20,000 nt of DNA, from IMG/VR virus record IMGVR_UViG_3300017975_000001; one strand, given 5' to 3'. Origin of the DNA: an uncultured virus (IMG/VR IMGVR_UViG_3300017975_000001) (taxonomy: Duplodnaviria > Heunggongvirae > Uroviricota > Caudoviricetes). Every line of letters starts with the position of its first letter. Position 1 is the first letter of the stretch. Below the pieces are notes generated by a model. It did not search any database, was not told where the DNA came from, and saw only the letters and a list, made by a program, of their open reading frames with translations. A program made the position numbers and the translations under genes. Positions 15,445 through 20,000 of this stretch are shown in pieces.

Positions 15445-15780
15445 TTACTGCGGCTTCTTTTGCTGTCGTTCGAGGTCGGCATGCGCGTTACGGAATTGTT
15501 CTTCCAGCTTGTACGCTCGCGCCTGCATGCGCTGCGCGTTGATTAGCTGTTCTCGCAGCCATTGAAGCTGGTCTTTGTCTGGCTGTAACGGCAGATATAG
15601 CGCACGTAGCTCGCCCAAACGTGGATGCTGGCTATTCAACTGGTATGCGAGCTGTTCGCCGATCGTGCAGGCTTCACCGAGGGCCGCGCGCAGCTCTTGG
15701 CACAATGCCCAAAGGCGCTGCGCCTCTTGATAGTAGTGATTGCGTTCGTGAGCGAGTTGTTTGGCCTGCGCAGTCATCAC
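15445..15780 (-). CDS. Hypothetical coiled-coil protein
   Basis: GTGA overlap with the upstream gene; Q/E/L-rich helices. Confidence 0.65.
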   Translation of the reverse strand: MMTAQAKQLAHERNHYYQEAQRLWALCQELRAALGEACTIGEQLAYQLNSQHPRLGELRALYLPLQPDKDQLQWLREQLINAQRMQARAYKLEEQFRNAHADLERQQKKPQ

Positions 15781-15989
15781 GGGCCCCAACTACGAATATT
15801 GTGCAGCAGACGCTCGCGAAGCCGATCGTAGATGCGGCGACCAGATCGCAACAAGGCGTAGCCATCTATGGCTAGCAGTCGATCTGCAATCCGTGCTGCA
15901 ACGTCTTGCGGCAGGTCAACCTCGTCGCGGAGAGCATTTTCTAACTCCTCGCGGATGATCCTGATCAGCCGGTCACGCATGGACTCCAC
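15777..15989 (-). CDS. Hypothetical protein
   Basis: 70 aa in a co-oriented run. Confidence 0.6.
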   Translation of the reverse strand: MESMRDRLIRIIREELENALRDEVDLPQDVAARIADRLLAIDGYALLRSGRRIYDRLRERLLHNIRSWGP

Positions 15990-15998
15990 GGCCCGATT

Positions 15999-16547
15999 CT
16001 AGTCTGCTTCCAACCTCCAGACTACGGGCTTGCGGTCGTAAGGAATGTAGCTCTTGCCGCGTGCGATGGGATGCGTCGGAGAACCGTCCTTCGTAAGCCC
16101 CAAGTGGTAGAGCGGTAGGTTGTGCTTCGCTAGAAGCCTACGCACGTACAGCGCACGATCAGCTAAGGCGCCGTGGAGTCCCCAAGCTGCAATTGTACGG
16201 TATGTACCGGTCGCCGCCGCGAGAATCGCAGTGTCGTTGTTAAGATCGTCACCGCGTTCTTTGACGGCTCTCAGCTCTGTCGGATACGGCGACCGAAATG
16301 CGAACAAGTTGACGACGTCGAGAACATTAGCGCCCCAACGCGTAGCGAACTTGATGCACCGTGCAACTGTCCGATCGTTGATGACTGCATCCGCGGTGCT
16401 CGGATTCAACATCAGAAAGCAAACGCGAATCACGCGCGGATTGTCGTCTGCGAACTCCACGCCAGTAAGCCAGCGACGTAGCGTGTATCTGAACCGACGA
16501 TCCTTCGAGAAGACCGCGTATCCGACGTCGCTGGTTTCGCGGATCAC
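15999..16547 (-). CDS. DUF1643 family protein
   Basis: AVFSKDRRFRYTLRRW...FLMLNPSTADA..NDRT...VVNLFAFRSPYP...AAWG...LGLTKDGSPTHP. Confidence 0.88.
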   Translation of the reverse strand: MIRETSDVGYAVFSKDRRFRYTLRRWLTGVEFADDNPRVIRVCFLMLNPSTADAVINDRTVARCIKFATRWGANVLDVVNLFAFRSPYPTELRAVKERGDDLNNDTAILAAATGTYRTIAAWGLHGALADRALYVRRLLAKHNLPLYHLGLTKDGSPTHPIARGKSYIPYDRKPVVWRLEAD

Positions 16548-16793
16548 TTACGCCCGCAACATGCTAACGCTGCGTCAAGTTGTCAAGAGCGTTTGCGCAA
16601 TACCGGCCAAGCCATGATAGGTTAGGATGGCGACGATGAAATCGACCACGTTTCGAACACCTGCCTCAACGCCGAAGGCAAACGCATCGCAAATCTTGTC
16701 GATGACAAGTTCGAGCGCTTCCTTGAAACGCTGAACAGGAACGTCTTGAGACGTAACGGATTACAGGGCTCGTTGTCGGCGTGCCTGTGAGTT

Positions 16794-16824
16794 CGCCTAG
16801 AATTCAGCCGCCTAGAATTCAGCC
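16794..16824. repeat. Perfect 15-bp tandem duplication
   Basis: CGCCTAGAATTCAGC twice, spanning the stop codon of 16812-17456. Confidence 0.9.
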
Positions 16825-17456
16825 AAGGTAAACTGCGCGATGAACCACCAATTACTGACCCCATCAGAAACCAGGATGAGGCTGTTACCACCCAAAAATT
16901 CTTGCAGATTGTAACTGGAGAAACCGTCTACTAAATCTGTCCCGGACGGCAACAACGTAGGGGCGCCGATGTTAAAGCCGTCCTCATTGACGTTCTTCAG
17001 TACGAGCAGTGTTCCATTAGGCACGCTCGCGGCAAACGGAAGTGTGCCGGTGAATGGCTCCGCATTCGAGCTGGTGTAAATATTAGTTTTGTTGACGGTA
17101 AGAGCGGCGCTGCCAGTCAGCGTTGGCGTCACCGGGAACGTGACGCCGCCACCTCCACCACCGCCACCGCCAGCGAAGAAGAACGGTATCAACCCAATAA
17201 GCTTGCCAGGCGGCAGTACCGCTTCGATCGAATGCCAGTATTCGACGAAGACATTGACGTCGCCGCTTGATGCAGACGCCGTTCGTGTAACGGTGACGTT
17301 TACGGTGTCGGCCGTAACTGTAAAGCCGCTTGCATCGGCACCGCCAAGCTGCGGCGCAATGGGATTTCCGTTGATGTTCAATCCATGCGGCAAAGGTGTA
17401 GGTACACCAACAACAAGACCGGTGAATTGGACGATGTTCTTGAGGATGGTGGCCAT
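16812..17456 (-). CDS. Putative virion structural / fibre-like two-domain protein
   Basis: T/G/V-rich; Gly9 linker; C-terminal TLP.A...G.LLVLK...DLVDG...LVSDG.SNW pattern typical of phage fibre-associated domains; ATG 17456 follows TATATT-N6. Confidence 0.6.
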   Translation of the reverse strand: MATILKNIVQFTGLVVGVPTPLPHGLNINGNPIAPQLGGADASGFTVTADTVNVTVTRTASASSGDVNVFVEYWHSIEAVLPPGKLIGLIPFFFAGGGGGGGGGVTFPVTPTLTGSAALTVNKTNIYTSSNAEPFTGTLPFAASVPNGTLLVLKNVNEDGFNIGAPTLLPSGTDLVDGFSSYNLQEFLGGNSLILVSDGVSNWWFIAQFTLAEF

Positions 17457-17538
17457 GGAGCGAATATAGCGCTCGATCGCGTGCGCGATCAACGCTACGG
17501 CGCAGCGCCAAATCGTGATACTTGATCTGTGAGAGCTG

Positions 17539-17715
17539 ATGCGCTGCCAAGTCGCCTATGAAGTCTCGCGTACTGCGATGGGCTTAACTCGCTCGGTCGT
17601 CTTCACACAGCGGCGGATCGCGAAACAGTTTCAAAAGCAGAACCCAGATAGCACGCTGCGCGTCGTGAGCCTCTGCGAAGGCCGAATCGCGAAGCGTGGC
17701 AAACGTAAGTTCTGA
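17539..17715 (+). CDS. Small basic hypothetical protein, 58 aa
   Basis: Not in the track. MRCQVAYEVSRTAMG...EGRIAKRGKRKF fills an otherwise empty gap. Confidence 0.45.
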   Translation: MRCQVAYEVSRTAMGLTRSVVFTQRRIAKQFQKQNPDSTLRVVSLCEGRIAKRGKRKF

Positions 17716-17727
17716 TAAGCTTGCGGC

Positions 17728-18021
17728 ATAGATCGCAGCACCGAGCTATCCGAAGAAGAAGTCGACGAGGTCTTCAGCACGGCCGCACGAAAACTTCTTG
17801 GCGCCATTGACGAACTCGAACTAGAAGCGCGAGACCTTCGTCGCCAAGCTGAAGCGCTACGACGACGCATTCAAGAGCTGAACCACGCATGGCGCAAAGA
17901 ACAGCCTTGGGAGTTCAAAGGCATCCTGACCAAGGCCGAAATCGAAATGCTCAGTGAGTACGGTGGATGGGGCGCTGAATCACCTCGGGAGCTTTTACAG
18001 ACTGAGGAGTGGCGAGACTAA
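17728..18021 (+). CDS. Coiled-coil hypothetical protein with ATA start (or start-mutated pseudogene)
   Basis: Open frame (I/M)DRSTELSEEEVDEVFSTAARKLLGAIDELELEARDLRRQAEALRRRIQELNHAW...; preceded by TG-A-TAAGCT-N6-ATA. Confidence 0.5.
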   Translation: MDRSTELSEEEVDEVFSTAARKLLGAIDELELEARDLRRQAEALRRRIQELNHAWRKEQPWEFKGILTKAEIEMLSEYGGWGAESPRELLQTEEWRD

Positions 18022-18604
18022 TGATCTGTATGACTCCGAGCCCGTGGTTGTAGGCATGTTCATCCCACGTGAGGTCACGCTCTCCGACGAACTTTTCGAT
18101 GGCGTGACGCACTGGCCAAGGCTGCGGCCCAACATCGAGCGTATCATGCAGCAAGATGTACCCGCCTGATCGCACGCGAGGCTTGTACAATTCCAGTTCG
18201 CGATACGTCTGCTCAAATGTGTGTGCTGTGTCGATGAAGACGATATCGCACTCGGTTGGCAACGTAGCGAGTACGAACGGATCATCGTCGCGACCTAGAA
18301 TGAAAGTCCACTTCGACGAATCAACGATTGGCGAGGTGCCTGATCGAATCGGCGCTTGCTCTGCCGGAAAGCTAACGTCGACTGACCATAAGTGCCCTTC
18401 GTCGTGCAATGCATAAAGCCACGCTACCGTTGACACTCCTTCGCGTACTCCGAGTTCAATGACGCGTGTAGCACCGATCGACTTGACCATCTGAACGAAG
18501 GTCGAAAGATGCTCGTTGATGTCGCTTGGCGTTTGGCAAAGCTTCTCGTACAGCGCTGCAAGTTCTTGTTTATTCATCACAAGAGAAGAATGCTGCTTGG
18601 CCAT
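17951..18604 (-). CDS. Class I SAM-dependent methyltransferase (Methyltransf_24-like)
   Basis: SDINEHL, VIELGVREGVST, LWSVD, DIVFIDTAHTFEQ, GGYILLHDT, NHGLGVI; ATG 18604 follows the upstream TAA (alternative start 18577). Confidence 0.88.
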   Translation of the reverse strand: MAKQHSSLVMNKQELAALYEKLCQTPSDINEHLSTFVQMVKSIGATRVIELGVREGVSTVAWLYALHDEGHLWSVDVSFPAEQAPIRSGTSPIVDSSKWTFILGRDDDPFVLATLPTECDIVFIDTAHTFEQTYRELELYKPRVRSGGYILLHDTLDVGPQPWPVRHAIEKFVGERDLTWDEHAYNHGLGVIQIISLATPQSVKAPEVIQRPIHRTH

Positions 18605-18605
18605 G

Positions 18606-18902
18606 TTAACGGCGCCGGGCGCTCCGTCCACGTCGGCCAATAACATACTCACCCTTGCGCTCATCGTAAGGAGGGCGCGGGCCGTTATCCCAATCAATGC
18701 CAAGGCACGCGCTGCCCGCCACTGTTGAGTTTACGTAGTACCCTCCACCAATTCGACCGATGGAGTAACCAAGCTTTTTCGCGATGAGCCCTTTTGCCGC
18801 TTTGCTGAGCCCTCGCATGGTCACTGATCCATGCTTGCCGCCACGTTCGATCGCGATGAGTAGTGCTCGCTCCTCGCGTGTGATCTTGCAGTTGTTCTTC
18901 AT
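18606..18902 (-). CDS. Hypothetical basic protein (possible winged helix) with Arg-rich tail
   Basis: 98 aa ending IGRRGRSARRR; TG-G-TAGGAT 9 nt upstream of the ATG. Confidence 0.65.
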   Translation of the reverse strand: MKNNCKITREERALLIAIERGGKHGSVTMRGLSKAAKGLIAKKLGYSIGRIGGGYYVNSTVAGSACLGIDWDNGPRPPYDERKGEYVIGRRGRSARRR

Positions 18903-18923
18903 TTCTATTGCATCCTACCAGAA

Positions 18924-19622
18924 TCAAACTGGCTCCCACAGCTTCGCTTCGCGTCCGCGATCGTCGATGCCTGTGCTACTCGTTGCTAACCTTCTTCGCT
19001 TCAAACGTTCTAGCGCTGCGCGCACTGTCTCGTAGAGGCGCTTGTCTGTGAGCACGTCAAGCTCGTCGGGCAAGTGATATTGTGCTGTCTCGTTCGCCAA
19101 GCGCCCGACGGTCCACTTCGGCTCGGGATAGAGCGGACGGCCAGACGAGCGTTCGTAATAGAGCGCTTCTTGCGCGTTTCGATCTCCAGCTTCAGCGTCA
19201 CGCCTAAGCCGCGCCACGTTCTCACGCCAGCGAGCGTAGCTTGTTTGAAGCGTGTCCAAGAGGCGAGCTTCAAGCCAAGCGATGGCCTCTGGATCGAGCG
19301 CTTCGCGTGCCTTGCGTACGCGCTTGCAGTTCTCGTGAGAGCGTGCGATCTCGACAACGTGTTCTTGCGCTTCTCGTAGACCGCCGTTGTAACGTGCGCG
19401 CACTACATCAAACACACCGGTCCCGATGATCTCGCGTTCGTCAGTACCTGGTGTGTACTGAAAGATCGTGTAAACCCACGCGCGATTCTCGATGACAGCT
19501 TCGCGGTGCTCTTTGGCTGCAGCGTCATGCCAAGCCATCTCGCGAAGCGCGATGGTGCAGGGCCCAATCGATCCGAACCATGATGGGCTAGTCCCGTCGT
19601 ACTCTTTCCAAGCGATGCGCAC
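18924..19622 (-). CDS. Hypothetical protein, possible C-terminal winged helix
   Basis: 232 aa; YETVRAALERLKRRRLATSS...KLW. Confidence 0.7.
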   Translation of the reverse strand: MRIAWKEYDGTSPSWFGSIGPCTIALREMAWHDAAAKEHREAVIENRAWVYTIFQYTPGTDEREIIGTGVFDVVRARYNGGLREAQEHVVEIARSHENCKRVRKAREALDPEAIAWLEARLLDTLQTSYARWRENVARLRRDAEAGDRNAQEALYYERSSGRPLYPEPKWTVGRLANETAQYHLPDELDVLTDKRLYETVRAALERLKRRRLATSSTGIDDRGREAKLWEPV

Positions 19623-19634
19623 GTGACTGCAAGC

Positions 19635-19913
19635 TCAACGCGGCCGGTGCCGCCGTGTGCGTCCAAGCTTGGGTGCATAGCGCCCGCGCCCACGCTGCTT
19701 CAACCGAAATAGCGTCGAGCATGCATGAGTGAATGTTCTTGGCGAAGTCGGCGTTTCCCATGGTTGGATTTCAACCGTCCCATCGCCGTTCACTTTGCGT
19801 ACGTATCCCGTGCTGGATAAATAGCCAGGTTTCGAAGGATCGATGTGCACGAGCGTCCCAATACGTGGACACGCTTTGTACCGAATGGTCATGGACGGCC
19901 GTGCGTTAGCCAT
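19635..19913 (-). CDS. Hypothetical SH3/KOW-like small protein with Arg-rich tail
   Basis: PRIGTLVHI...TGYVRKVNGDGTVEIQ; ends LGRTRRHRPR; TG-T-TAGGAT-N5-ATG 19913. Confidence 0.6.
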   Translation of the reverse strand: MANARPSMTIRYKACPRIGTLVHIDPSKPGYLSSTGYVRKVNGDGTVEIQPWETPTSPRTFTHACSTLFRLKQRGRGRYAPKLGRTRRHRPR

Positions 19914-20000
19914 GCCGCATCCTAACAAGAAATCTACCGTTTGCGGCGCTTGCTAAGGCCACGCGTCTCGCGTGGGCGCATACAGAACGTACCGTGTTGA

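Noticed and set aside
16614..16790. Frame ATG-ATA-GGT-TAG-GAT... continuing DGDDEIDHVSNTCLNAEGKRIANLVDDKFERFLE..., a possible TAG readthrough or gene remnant
   Set aside because: Short, with no RBS and no recognisable family; one case cannot support recoding.
1..20000. Stop-codon reassignment suggested by a phage-encoded release factor
   Set aside because: TAA, TAG and TGA all end plausible genes, with ATGA/TGATG coupling and full-length domains in the standard code. The only clear internal stop in a recognisable gene is explained by the frameshift cassette.
1..20000. tRNA, rRNA or known ribozyme genes
   Set aside because: No cloverleaf, T-loop or ribozyme core recognised by eye in the intergenic gaps; a covariance-model search would be needed to exclude them.

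Overview
A densely packed stretch of short genes that looks like the accessory region of a large phage. That call is inferred from gene size, stop/start overlaps and the gene mix; no capsid, terminase or polymerase gene is in the window. Recognisable products are an endonuclease VII-like nuclease at the left edge, two small protein-kinase-like proteins, a ribbon-helix-helix protein, a tyrosine-recombinase homologue with degenerate catalytic residues, a DUF3574/SAM-lyase-like protein, DUF1643, a virion/fibre-like protein and a SAM methyltransferase. The main finding is a class I release factor gene (8701-9367) that the ORF track only partly shows. It is RF1-like (QRVPPNE...HTS, GGQ) and lacks domain 1, yet it is split by a prfB/RF2-type +1 frameshift cassette (GGAGG-TCT-CTT-TGA-C) inside domain 2, and a kinase-like gene lies just downstream. 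Also seen: a recurring extended -10 motif 5-9 nt before start codons, a recurring [L/I][G/A]R Arg-rich tail on unrelated proteins, a repeated operator-like motif and a long intergenic inverted repeat. All family calls come from reading motifs by eye; no searches were run.
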